A DNA stretch of 64,000 nt, from the NCBI GenBank assembly GCA_041287245.1, contig JBEULP010000003.1, positions 132,530 through 196,529 on the forward strand. The letters run 5' to 3'. Origin of the DNA: Infirmifilum sp. Lineage in GTDB: Archaea; Thermoproteota; Thermoprotei; Thermofilales; Thermofilaceae. Under the pieces are notes generated by a model that had not been told where the DNA came from, made no database searches, and saw only the letters and a program-made list of their open reading frames with translations. This document shows, in pieces, positions 9,409 through 18,408 of this stretch; position 1 is the stretch's first letter, and the number at the start of each line of letters is the position of its first letter. Position numbers and translations under genes: made by a program.

Positions 9409-10512
9409 ATGGAAGATATAGTTTCATTTGTAACGGGAATTAGCGGCAGCGGGCGGCTTGTAAAGCTCCAGGAGGTTCAATCCCTAAACTCTTCTTTAGC
9501 TATCATCGACGTCGGATCGAAGATGTACAGGAAATCCGCTGACCTCGGCATTCAAATTCCAGATGGAAAAATCCTCGACATGGATCCATTAGCCCTAGAT
9601 TATCTTAGAGCTGCCACCTTCGAGGATGTTCTGAGGGAGATTGAAGAGATAAGGAGAAGGGGAGGCGTTGCTGCCGTAAGCACTCATGTCTCTTTTCGCT
9701 GGAAAAAACACCTACTCAGCGCATTCAACTTCCACTATGTAAACAGCCTTAACCCCGACGTTTACATTAACATACTGGACAACGCGCACAACATTTATGT
9801 GAATCTCCAACACGAGAGAGCCTGGGCAGGCAGGCTTTCCTTGAAGGAGATTCTAATCTGGAGAGACGAGGAAGCCTTTATCACACGGATGCTTGCGGAG
9901 TACCAGAAGAAGCCTTTTTATCTTTTTCCAAGACGCGAAGATCCCGCCATGCTTGAGAGACTCCTATTTAAAGTTGAGAGAGCAAGAAAACGGGGTGAAA
10001 AACCCCTACCCAAAGCATACCTGAGTTATCCAATAACTCACGTAAAAGGGAACCCAGAGGTCATGAATGCTAAAGACGAGACAAAGCAAAAATTAAAAGA
10101 TGCAGGCATCGTAGTCTTTGACCCCATCTCAATTGAGGACTCTATTCTAATCGACATGGTTCATGAAGCTCGCTCAGCCGGCAAAGATAAGGTAGAAGTA
10201 GACGTCGACGGTAAACACGGTGAAATCCAGGTTAATGAGATAATGGACGCTGTAGGAGACATCAAAGACCAGATTGTTGTCCGTGACTACCAACTGATAA
10301 ACCAGAGTGATATGATCATCGTCTTCTATCCTACGAAAATGTTATCCCCAGGCGTTTTAAGCGAAATAAAGTACGGCTACACACACAACAAGGAAGTGTA
10401 CGCTATATTTCCCTTTGAAGAGTCAAGCCCATTTTTCGAGTACTATACAACTAGACTATTCAAGGATATAGACAGCCTCCTGGAATATCTAAGAGAGGCC
10501 GAGAAAATATGA
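9409..10512 (+). CDS. Fusion protein: archaeal adenylate kinase-like N-domain plus nucleoside 2-deoxyribosyltransferase-like C-domain
   Basis: VTGISGSGR P-loop variant and VSTH; C-terminal AYLSYPI...VFDP...RDYQLINQSD...SPGVLSEIKY. Confidence 0.6.
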   Translation: MEDIVSFVTGISGSGRLVKLQEVQSLNSSLAIIDVGSKMYRKSADLGIQIPDGKILDMDPLALDYLRAATFEDVLREIEEIRRRGGVAAVSTHVSFRWKKHLLSAFNFHYVNSLNPDVYINILDNAHNIYVNLQHERAWAGRLSLKEILIWRDEEAFITRMLAEYQKKPFYLFPRREDPAMLERLLFKVERARKRGEKPLPKAYLSYPITHVKGNPEVMNAKDETKQKLKDAGIVVFDPISIEDSILIDMVHEARSAGKDKVEVDVDGKHGEIQVNEIMDAVGDIKDQIVVRDYQLINQSDMIIVFYPTKMLSPGVLSEIKYGYTHNKEVYAIFPFEESSPFFEYYTTRLFKDIDSLLEYLREAEKI

Positions 10513-11555
10513 ATGTCAGCCTTGATATTCGAGCCGCGGTTCTCCATGTAGAGGAAACGGCGCAGACCCCCGAAACAATAGAGAAGAAAATAGCCTCGTT
10601 CCTCGAGGGACTCGACCGTTTCACCCAGTCCATAGGGCTTAAAGTAATAAGCAAGAGAATAGTGGCTCCGCCTGTATTTCTCCATAAGCTTCCTGATGTG
10701 TTAGATCTTTTGCTTAACATGGCCGAAGCCCATCATATTAATTACCTGGGCATTCCACTACTAAACGTGGAGGCAAAAAGTATAGCTGAGTCCTTGGAAA
10801 CATACCCAAAACTCTACTTATCGGTGGAGTACAACCCAAAGGAAATGCCAGAATACATAAAAACTCTTAGGCTAATTACTGAGAGCTCTCCACTGCAAGC
10901 TACGAAGTTTGCCGTGAGCTTCGGCCCCCAGCCGCAAACTCCATATTTTCCGGTGACACAGTCGGTTAAGGAGGGAGTAACGCTAAGTCTCTTATACACT
11001 CAAATGTTTGAGAACTATACTTCTCAGCAAATTCATAAAACAATAGGAGAAATTCAAGGAGTCGCCAGCCTTAGCTGGAGCAACTTTCTCGGCATTGACT
11101 TCTCGCTCTCCCCCTGGATGGACAATAGCGTCGCGAGGATAATCGAAAAACGATCAGGAGTAATGCTCACTCTACCAGGCACTGTCGCCGCAATCAGAGA
11201 GCTAAACCGTGAGATAGAAGAGCTTGCTAAAGTCTTCAAGAGCACAGGCTTCAACGAGGTTATGCTACCCATAGCAGAGGATAACAGACTGAAGGAGCTT
11301 GTCAAAAACGGGACATTAAAGTTAAGTCATCTCATAAATTACTCAACATATTGTGTAGCCGGGCTCGACATGGCTGTTATTCCCGATACCACAGAAGATA
11401 ATATTTTAGCGGGAATTCTCAACGATCTGTGGCACATCTACCTTTTAAAGAGAAAAACGATAGGCATGCGGCTAATCCTAGCTCCAGAGGAAGAAGGCGG
11501 AGAAATCGACCTCGGAATATTTGGGAAGACGCCGGTTATTTCACCCCTATCATGA
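10509..11555 (+). CDS. DUF711-family protein
   Basis: TPYFP, GIDFSLSP, TGFNEVMLPIAED and YCVAGLDM. Confidence 0.8.
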   Translation: MNVSLDIRAAVLHVEETAQTPETIEKKIASFLEGLDRFTQSIGLKVISKRIVAPPVFLHKLPDVLDLLLNMAEAHHINYLGIPLLNVEAKSIAESLETYPKLYLSVEYNPKEMPEYIKTLRLITESSPLQATKFAVSFGPQPQTPYFPVTQSVKEGVTLSLLYTQMFENYTSQQIHKTIGEIQGVASLSWSNFLGIDFSLSPWMDNSVARIIEKRSGVMLTLPGTVAAIRELNREIEELAKVFKSTGFNEVMLPIAEDNRLKELVKNGTLKLSHLINYSTYCVAGLDMAVIPDTTEDNILAGILNDLWHIYLLKRKTIGMRLILAPEEEGGEIDLGIFGKTPVISPLS

Positions 11556-11765
11556 GCGTACACCTGTACTTGTTAAACACATAATAAGAGTAACCCTTAT
11601 TGGCCTTCTAGTTCTGCTCTCAAGCGCTTTATCTTCTCTATTAGCTCTTAAAACTTTTCTCTGGATACTCCATGCCTGTGGAATGAGCCTTAACCTTAAG
11701 GTAAGCGCATGAAGCCTTTTACATCGAAACTAATTTATCTCCCCTAACAAACACACTATATGCAC

Positions 11766-11852
11766 GCCGGGGTGGCCGAGCGGCCCAAGGCGACGGATTG
11801 CTAATCCGTTACCCGAAAGGGTACCCGGGTTCAAATCCCGGCCCCGGCGCCA
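11766..11852 (+). tRNA. tRNA-Ser(GCT), intronless, CCA encoded
   Basis: GCCGGGG/CCCCGGC acceptor; ACGGA-TTGCTAA-TCCGT anticodon arm; long variable arm TACCC-GAAA-GGGTA. Confidence 0.97.
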
Positions 11853-11947
11853 TTCTATCTTTTTATATCTCCATAAAGCATGGATGTTATGCGAGCGTCT
11901 TTCTCATGAGTTAAGCGAAGAGGTTTAGAAGTACTGCACCCGAGCCT

Positions 11948-12054
11948 TTTGAACCACCGTTGGAGACTGCAGCATATTGCTGCAGTTACCTCCGGGTTAT
12001 GAGCCCGGCGGGATGCCTGGCTTCCCCACCCCGCTCCTGGTAGCGGGGGGTGGA
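11948..12054 (-). tRNA. Circularly permuted initiator tRNA-Met(CAT): 3' part (nt 60-76) at 12054-12038, GG spacer, 5' part (nt 1-59) at 12035-11948 containing a 47/48 intron (11987-11960)
   Basis: A1-U72 pair; CCGGG-CTCATAA-CCCGG arm with three G-C pairs; flanks 12073-12061 and 11946-11934 pair over 13 bp and complete a BHB at 59/60; the intron forms its own BHB. Confidence 0.93.
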
Positions 12055-12095
12055 CTTTCAGGCCCGGGTGCAGCAAGTAGATATATAGCAAGCCT

Positions 12096-12110
12096 GATTT
12101 AAGCGTTACG
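12096..12110 (-). promoter_or_regulatory. Probable BRE/TATA for the permuted tRNA-iMet precursor
   Basis: Minus strand CGTAACG-CTTAAAT about 25 nt upstream of the leader stem. Confidence 0.5.
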
Positions 12111-12286
12111 CATCGGAATGTTGTTTGGTGCCCCCTCCCATCTGCCTCCTTTCGGAGGTGTTCCGGTCATAGAGGGCGCTTTTTAGTTTTGTTTTTCACT
12201 ATTTGAATCTTTTGGAATCATAGATTAATATGGTTTCGTAGGAATGAAAAGTTTTAAACGGGGTAGACCTTTTTGTTCTGACAAGT

Positions 12287-14761
12287 ATGAGTGACAAGAA
12301 GACGAAGTTGATTCTCTGGTTTGAAGAGCTTACTAAAGAGGATGTACCAATCGTCGGTGGTAAGAACGCAAACCTGGGCGAGATGCTTAGGGCTGGTATA
12401 CCAGTTCCGCCTGGCTTTGCTGTCACCGCGTATGCATATAAGCGATTCATAGAGGAAACCGGGATTAGAGATAAAATCTATGAGATTCTCCGCAAGCATG
12501 TTCCTACAGGCGCCGGTAAGCCTGAGGACTACATGGAGGCTTCTCAGGAGATTAGGAAACTCATAGAAAGTGTTTCAATGCCTAGGGATATTGAGGAGGA
12601 GATTAAGAAGGCTTACCGCGAGCTTAGTAGGCGCGTGGGTAAGAATGAGGAATTTGTAGCTGTCCGCAGTAGTGCCACCGCCGAAGATCTTCCTGATGCT
12701 AGCTTTGCGGGGCAGCAGGAAACCTACCTGAACGTGAAAGGTGAGGCTGATGTTATCGAGAAGGTGAGGAAGTGTTGGTCCAGTCTCTTTACTCCGCGTG
12801 CTATCTTCTATAGGGAGAGCAAAGGGTTTGAGCATGAAAAGGTCTTGATTAGCGTAGCCGTCCAGAAAATGGTTAATTCTAGGAGCGCTGGCGTCATGTT
12901 TACTCTTCACCCCGTGACGGGGGATAGGGACAAGATTGTCATAGAGGGGCATTGGGGTCTCGGCGAGGCTGTGGTCAGTGGAAAGGTTACACCCGACGAA
13001 TGGGTTGTGGACAAGAAGACTATGCAAATAATAGAGAGGAATATTGTTGAGAAGACTGTTGAGCTCATAAGAGACCCGAAGACGGGTAGGACAATAGAGC
13101 ATGAGATAGAGCCTGAAAGGCGTACCAAACCCTCGCTTACCGACGAGGAGGTTCTCAGGCTTGCCGAATTAGCCATTAAGATCGAACAGCATTACGGTAG
13201 GCCTATGGATATTGAGTGGGCTGTTGATCGCGACCTCAAGTTCCCTGAAAGTGTTTTTATAGTCCAGGCTAGGCCTGAGACCGTTTGGAGTACTAGGAAA
13301 GAGGGAGGTGGTGAATCTGTGTCTGTAAAAAGCGTATCAGAGGCTAAAGCTGTTGTAAAGGGATTAGCAGCTAGTCCGGGCGTTGCATATGGAAGAGCTA
13401 AGATTTGCCTGTCGCTCGAGGACGCGAAGACCAAAATGCAGCAGGGGGACATTTTAGTGACGAAAATGACCGATCCGGACTGGGTTCCTTACATGAAGAT
13501 GGCAGCAGCCATAGTGACTGACGAGGGTGGCATGACTGCCCATGCCGCCATTGTAAGCCGTGAGCTGGGCATACCGGCAATCGTTGGAACCAGGGAGGCG
13601 ACGAAGGTCATGGTTGATGGCAAGGACTATACTGTAGATGCCAGGACAGGCGTGGTCTACGAGGGCAAGGTTGAGGAATTACTGGGTGGGAAGAAGGAGG
13701 AGAAGGCTGCCGCGGCCGCTCCGATAGAGATAATTTGGAAGCCTATTACCGGCACTAAAATCTATATGAACCTGGGAGTGCCCGAGAAAATAAAGGAGTA
13801 TAAGGATCTTCCATTTGACGGCATCGGGCTTATGCGTGTTGAGTTTATCATGGCCAGCTATGTAGGGGAACACCCGCTTTACCTGCTTGAGAGCGGTAGG
13901 GGAGATGTACTTGTCAACAAGATGGCTGAGGGTATAGCACTCGTTGCGCGTGAAATCTACCCGCGCCCCGTCGTCGTACGTTTTTCTGATTTCAAGACAA
14001 ATGAGTACAGGCAGCTTAAAGGCGGCGAGAAATACGAGCCACAAGAGGACAACCCAATGCTAGGTTGGAGGGGCGTTAGCAGGTACATTAGTCCTCAATA
14101 CGAGAAGGCCTTCAGACTGGAGGTCAAGGCAATAAAGAAGGTAAGAGAGGAGATGGGTCTCGGCAACGTCTGGGTAATGGCGCCGTTTGTTAGGACGCTT
14201 TGGGAAGCTGAAAAGTTTATCAAACTACTGGCTGAAGAGGGGTTAGAGAGTAGCAAGGACTTTAAGATATGGGCAATGGCTGAGGTACCGAGCATTATAT
14301 TTCTCGCTGAAGAGTTTGCACGCTACTTTGACGGGTACTCTATTGGAAGCAACGACCTGACACAGCTAACCCTTGGAACAGACAGGGACTCGGCTATACT
14401 GCCTAAGATTGACCCGAGATATTTCGATGAGAGAGACCCCGCGGTGCGCACCGCAATAGCCATGCTCATTGAAAAAGCCCACAACTCCCCATACGGCTAC
14501 AGAACGGTATCAATCTGCGGACAGGCTCCGAGCGTTTATCCAGAGTTTTCGGAGTTCCTCGTAAGGCAAGGTATAGATAGTATCAGCGTTAACCCCGACG
14601 TAGTTGTTCGAACCAGGGAACTTGTCGCACAGATTGAACACAAAATACTCCTGGAAAAGGCGCTCGGAATCGAGAAGATTGAAGAGGACCTAGGCTGGCC
14701 TATGCGGCGTGAAAGAAGAGGACTCCCGAGAATTGCTAGGCGTGTAGACGAGATAGAATAA
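12287..14761 (+). CDS. ppsA: Phosphoenolpyruvate synthase (pyruvate, water dikinase)
   Basis: VGGKNANLGEM, AVRSSATAEDLPDASFAGQQET, GGMTAHAAIVSRELG and SIGSNDLTQ. Confidence 0.97.
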   Translation: MSDKKTKLILWFEELTKEDVPIVGGKNANLGEMLRAGIPVPPGFAVTAYAYKRFIEETGIRDKIYEILRKHVPTGAGKPEDYMEASQEIRKLIESVSMPRDIEEEIKKAYRELSRRVGKNEEFVAVRSSATAEDLPDASFAGQQETYLNVKGEADVIEKVRKCWSSLFTPRAIFYRESKGFEHEKVLISVAVQKMVNSRSAGVMFTLHPVTGDRDKIVIEGHWGLGEAVVSGKVTPDEWVVDKKTMQIIERNIVEKTVELIRDPKTGRTIEHEIEPERRTKPSLTDEEVLRLAELAIKIEQHYGRPMDIEWAVDRDLKFPESVFIVQARPETVWSTRKEGGGESVSVKSVSEAKAVVKGLAASPGVAYGRAKICLSLEDAKTKMQQGDILVTKMTDPDWVPYMKMAAAIVTDEGGMTAHAAIVSRELGIPAIVGTREATKVMVDGKDYTVDARTGVVYEGKVEELLGGKKEEKAAAAAPIEIIWKPITGTKIYMNLGVPEKIKEYKDLPFDGIGLMRVEFIMASYVGEHPLYLLESGRGDVLVNKMAEGIALVAREIYPRPVVVRFSDFKTNEYRQLKGGEKYEPQEDNPMLGWRGVSRYISPQYEKAFRLEVKAIKKVREEMGLGNVWVMAPFVRTLWEAEKFIKLLAEEGLESSKDFKIWAMAEVPSIIFLAEEFARYFDGYSIGSNDLTQLTLGTDRDSAILPKIDPRYFDERDPAVRTAIAMLIEKAHNSPYGYRTVSICGQAPSVYPEFSEFLVRQGIDSISVNPDVVVRTRELVAQIEHKILLEKALGIEKIEEDLGWPMRRERRGLPRIARRVDEIE

Positions 14762-14793
14762 ATCTAACAGCCAACTTTTTCTATAATACCACT

Positions 14794-15777
14794 CTAAAGG
14801 TAGCGTGGAGTTCCTATTATTTTTCCGTCTACTGTAGCGCATTTTCCTTCTACTAGCTTGAAGAAAGGTTCTCGTCTAGAATTAACTTCTCTGATAGCTT
14901 GCGAAAGCAGCTCGAGTTTCGTCTCTCTACTTGCAGCAGCGTTCCTTAAAATACCCTTTATATCTACTAGATTATCGTTCCTGTTTAAACATGGTTTTAG
15001 CTTCCCGTCGTGTGTCAGGCGGATTCTCGTACACTTGAGGCAGAATGAGGGGTTGCAGTAATTTGCAATAACCTCCACCCTTGTCCCATTGGATAGGAAA
15101 AATACTGGGCGATTGTGCAGGTCTCTATGCTCCACCTTCTCAGCTCTTTCAGCTAATATAGGCAGGACTTTCTCAACCGGGAAATACAGCTTGTCAAAAT
15201 ATTCTCTCCCAAGTCCCATCGGAATAAGTTCTATTAAGTTCAGGTTAAACTCCATTCTTGAAGCATAATCAAGCACCTTCGGTAGTTCGCCATAGTTCAC
15301 TGAAGTCAATACGAAGTTTAGTTTGACGGGAAGACCATAGTCCTTAGCGGCTGCAAGCCCCTTAAGGACCTTTCCAAGTCCTTTCGCCGCAGTAACGGAC
15401 AAGTATTTTTGCTGGTCAATGGCGTGTAAACTAACGTTTATCCTGTCCAGCCCCGCCTCAGTGAGCCTACCAGCATACTCGCTGAGAAAATACCCGTTGC
15501 TAGTCATGGATACTTCAACATCTCTACCGAGGTTTTTAATACGGGACACTATCTCGGCAATGTCTTGTCTGAGAAGGGGTTCTCCTCCTGTGAGTTTAAA
15601 AGAGTTTATACCTTGCGAGTAGGCTGCTTGTGAGACAATCTCTATATCATCAACGCTTAGAAAATCAGGTGTTAAATCTTCTCCTTCTCTATGGCAAAAT
15701 ACACAGTTATAGTTGCATTTCGCCGTTACAGATACTCTAAGGTTAGTCAGGGGACGGCCAAACCTGTCTACAAGCAA
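14794..15777 (-). CDS. moaA: GTP 3',8-cyclase (radical SAM); TTG start at 15777 preferred over track start 15828
   Basis: DRFGRPL, CNYNCVFC, LTGGEP and C-terminal FCLKCTRIRLTHDGKLKPCL. Confidence 0.92.
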   Translation of the reverse strand: MLVDRFGRPLTNLRVSVTAKCNYNCVFCHREGEDLTPDFLSVDDIEIVSQAAYSQGINSFKLTGGEPLLRQDIAEIVSRIKNLGRDVEVSMTSNGYFLSEYAGRLTEAGLDRINVSLHAIDQQKYLSVTAAKGLGKVLKGLAAAKDYGLPVKLNFVLTSVNYGELPKVLDYASRMEFNLNLIELIPMGLGREYFDKLYFPVEKVLPILAERAEKVEHRDLHNRPVFFLSNGTRVEVIANYCNPSFCLKCTRIRLTHDGKLKPCLNRNDNLVDIKGILRNAAASRETKLELLSQAIREVNSRREPFFKLVEGKCATVDGKIIGTPRYL

Positions 15778-15964
15778 GCGAACACCATTTAAGCATGTTC
15801 TAGCAAAGGATATAAGCGTTATCTCCACGTAAAAATATCGCTCGTTGAATCACTTGTTTTAAATTCTACGGAAAAGCATTTTAATTATTGCTTAGGAGAG
15901 AATTTTTCTAATACGACAATTATATCACCATCCTTAAAAATACGGTTCTTCAAAGAACCTCCCG

Positions 15965-16792
15965 ATGTATAATAGCGTTTTAAATGCACAGAATGAACAT
16001 GCGGAAGACAATATCTTTAAGGTACATGTGAAGCCAGAGGCTCTACTTTCCACTATAAATCTTTCGAAAAGGTTCGGGGGAGTAGTGGCTCTAAACAAGG
16101 TAAATATTTACGTTTATCCTGAAACGTTGACTCTCCTTATCGGACCTAACGGCAGCGGAAAAACCACTTTGATTAATGTTATAGACGGCTTGTTACGGGC
16201 AGATGAGGGTCAAATATATTTTGCTGGAAGAGAGATCAGCAAGCTTCCGCCGCACGAAAGATTCCGTTTAGGCCTTGCAAGAACATTCCAGGTTCCGCAG
16301 TTGTTTAGCAGTCTCAGCGTGCTTGAGAACATACTAGTTCCTGAGAGGAGTTTTTATGAGGAGAGGGTATTAGAACTACTGTTAGGTAGCGCTTGGAAGG
16401 TAAAGGAAAAGGAGTACATTGAAAGGGCTTTTAACATTCTTCGTCTTCTAAATCTTGAACACATGTGGGATTCTCCTGCGTCACAGCTGAGCGGAGGGCA
16501 GATGAAACTGTTAGAATTAGCCCGAGTGCTTATGAGTGAACCGAAGCTAGTGATTCTCGACGAGCCCTTGGCCGGCGTGAACCCTACCTTAGCAAATGAA
16601 ATAATGGGGTATTTGACAAGGCTTAGGGCGGAGCTGGGAGTATCGTTTCTTATAATAGAGCACAGACTTGACATTGCTCTCAAATTTGTAGACTATGTCT
16701 TTGCCATGCATCAAGGAGAGGTTATCGCGCAGGGGCTGCCGGACGAGGTTATAAAACACCCTGCTGTCGTGGAAGCCTATCTGGGTGGCTGA
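15965..16792 (+). CDS. livG: Branched-chain amino acid ABC transporter ATPase (LivG-like)
   Basis: KRFGGVVAL, GPNGSGKTT, LSGGQ, LDEPLAGVN and VVEAYLG. Confidence 0.88.
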   Translation: MYNSVLNAQNEHAEDNIFKVHVKPEALLSTINLSKRFGGVVALNKVNIYVYPETLTLLIGPNGSGKTTLINVIDGLLRADEGQIYFAGREISKLPPHERFRLGLARTFQVPQLFSSLSVLENILVPERSFYEERVLELLLGSAWKVKEKEYIERAFNILRLLNLEHMWDSPASQLSGGQMKLLELARVLMSEPKLVILDEPLAGVNPTLANEIMGYLTRLRAELGVSFLIIEHRLDIALKFVDYVFAMHQGEVIAQGLPDEVIKHPAVVEAYLGG

Positions 16793-17504
16793 GTTGGTAG
16801 TGTTGAAGGCTGAGAGTCTCTCCGTTGGTTACGGTAACATGGAGATAGTGTCTAATGTGAGCTTAGATGTTGAAAAGGAGGAGCTTTTCGTCATAGTAGG
16901 TCCTAACGGTAGCGGAAAAAGCACGCTTCTAAAGGGGCTTTTTGGCCTCGCGAGAGTGTTCAGCGGCAGAGTGTTCCTAGGTGACCGGGAGATCACGCGT
17001 TTACCGCCCTATAAGCGTTCACTGCTAGGGTTAAGCTACCTACCACAGCTGGGCAACACATTCGAAAGTTTAACTGTTTTTGAAAACCTTGTTCTCGCGG
17101 GACACGATCTGCCTTCAGATGAGTTTCAGAGAAGACTGGAGAAGGTACTTGACATTTTTCCCGTTGTTAAAGGATTTATGAGTAGAAAGGTTAAAACTCT
17201 CAGCGGCGGTGAGAGACAGGCTCTAGCGTTAGCAATGAGTCTTCTCAGGAGCCCCTCCTTACTCATGATGGACGAGCCTACAGCAGCCTTATCACCTAAG
17301 CTTTCGGCTCAAGTGTTCCAACAGGTTCAAATGCTTCGGGACGAGTACGGTCTTTCAATACTACTAGTAGAGCAGAACGCTATGAAAGCACTGGAAATCG
17401 GGGATAAGGCTCTCCTACTCGTCTCAGGGACCCCCAGATTTTTGGGGTCTCCAGCTGAGCTACTAGGCAATAAGGAGCTTGCCAGGCTTTATCTCGGGGT
17501 GTAG
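16785..17504 (+). CDS. livF: Branched-chain amino acid ABC transporter ATPase (LivF-like)
   Basis: GPNGSGKST, LSGGERQ, MDEPTAALSP and LVEQN. Confidence 0.88.
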   Translation: MAELVVLKAESLSVGYGNMEIVSNVSLDVEKEELFVIVGPNGSGKSTLLKGLFGLARVFSGRVFLGDREITRLPPYKRSLLGLSYLPQLGNTFESLTVFENLVLAGHDLPSDEFQRRLEKVLDIFPVVKGFMSRKVKTLSGGERQALALAMSLLRSPSLLMMDEPTAALSPKLSAQVFQQVQMLRDEYGLSILLVEQNAMKALEIGDKALLLVSGTPRFLGSPAELLGNKELARLYLGV

Positions 17505-17508
17505 GTTT

Positions 17509-18408
17509 ATGCTTGAGGAGATATTTTTAAACGGATTAATTTACAGCAACCTGTTAGCCCTGCTATCCATAGGTCTAACTCTGACGATACTCACATCGAA
17601 GGTCTCCAGTTTTGCTCATGGTGATTTCGCCGTCATCGGAATCTATACAGCATATACTCTTAGTGTGATTACGCGACTTACACCTTATTTTGAAATCCCT
17701 GCGGCCTTCCTTGCCGGAGCCGGTATTGCGGCTCTGGTGTACCTAACGGTCTTTGACAAGCTAAGAAGCAAAACCAACTTGGTGACGCTGATGATTGTCT
17801 CCATGGCTGTGGATATAATTATTAGGGGGTCACTGCAGCTTTACGCGGATTTTATTCAAGCCTATCTGCAAGTTTTCGGAAGAGGTTTTATCTTCACCGA
17901 CGTTTCACTCGATATAGCCGGGACAAGAATAAACGGGGTTTTCGTTTTTTCCATGTTAACAACAGTGATCCTCCTTGTTTCACTATACATACTACTCTTC
18001 AAGACTAAAATGGGCATTGCAATGAGAGCAGCAATCGAGAATCCCTCACTAGCTGAAACCCTAGGCATAAACGTGAAAAAAACCTTCACTGTAAGCTGGG
18101 CCCTAGCAGGCGGACTAGCAGCGGTCGCAGGGGTCTTCTTGCCATTTAGAATGCCAGTAACCCCTGACACGGGGTTCGCACTTTTACTATCCATATTCGC
18201 CGCCGCTACCGTGGGGGGTCTTACAAGCCTGTCAGGGAGTGTTCTCGGTGCATACATTATCGGTTTTTCGGAAACCCTTTTCACCTTCTGGCTTTCCAGC
18301 GTGGGGCTTAGCACCGCCTACCGGCCGGCGCTGTCTTTCGCAGCTATTATACTCACGCTTCTCACTACGCCAGAGGGAATTTCCTCGATATGGAACCCTA
18401 AGAGGTGA
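17509..18408 (+). CDS. livH: Branched-chain amino acid ABC permease (LivH-like)
   Basis: FAHGDF and TKMGIAMRAAIENPSLAETLGIN; hydrophobic. Confidence 0.88.
   Translation: MLEEIFLNGLIYSNLLALLSIGLTLTILTSKVSSFAHGDFAVIGIYTAYTLSVITRLTPYFEIPAAFLAGAGIAALVYLTVFDKLRSKTNLVTLMIVSMAVDIIIRGSLQLYADFIQAYLQVFGRGFIFTDVSLDIAGTRINGVFVFSMLTTVILLVSLYILLFKTKMGIAMRAAIENPSLAETLGINVKKTFTVSWALAGGLAAVAGVFLPFRMPVTPDTGFALLLSIFAAATVGGLTSLSGSVLGAYIIGFSETLFTFWLSSVGLSTAYRPALSFAAIILTLLTTPEGISSIWNPKR

Noticed and set aside
11521..11712. 63-aa hydrophobic ORF, and an antisense fragment ELIEKIKRLRAELEGQ
   Set aside because: No credible start on the plus strand; the minus-strand frame is interrupted by stops; neither can be supported
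11766..11852. tRNA-Ser 3' end as an integration (att) site
   Set aside because: No duplicate of the 3' end and no integrase seen in the window
11855..12091. 78-aa ORF
   Set aside because: Spurious frame over the permuted tRNA-iMet
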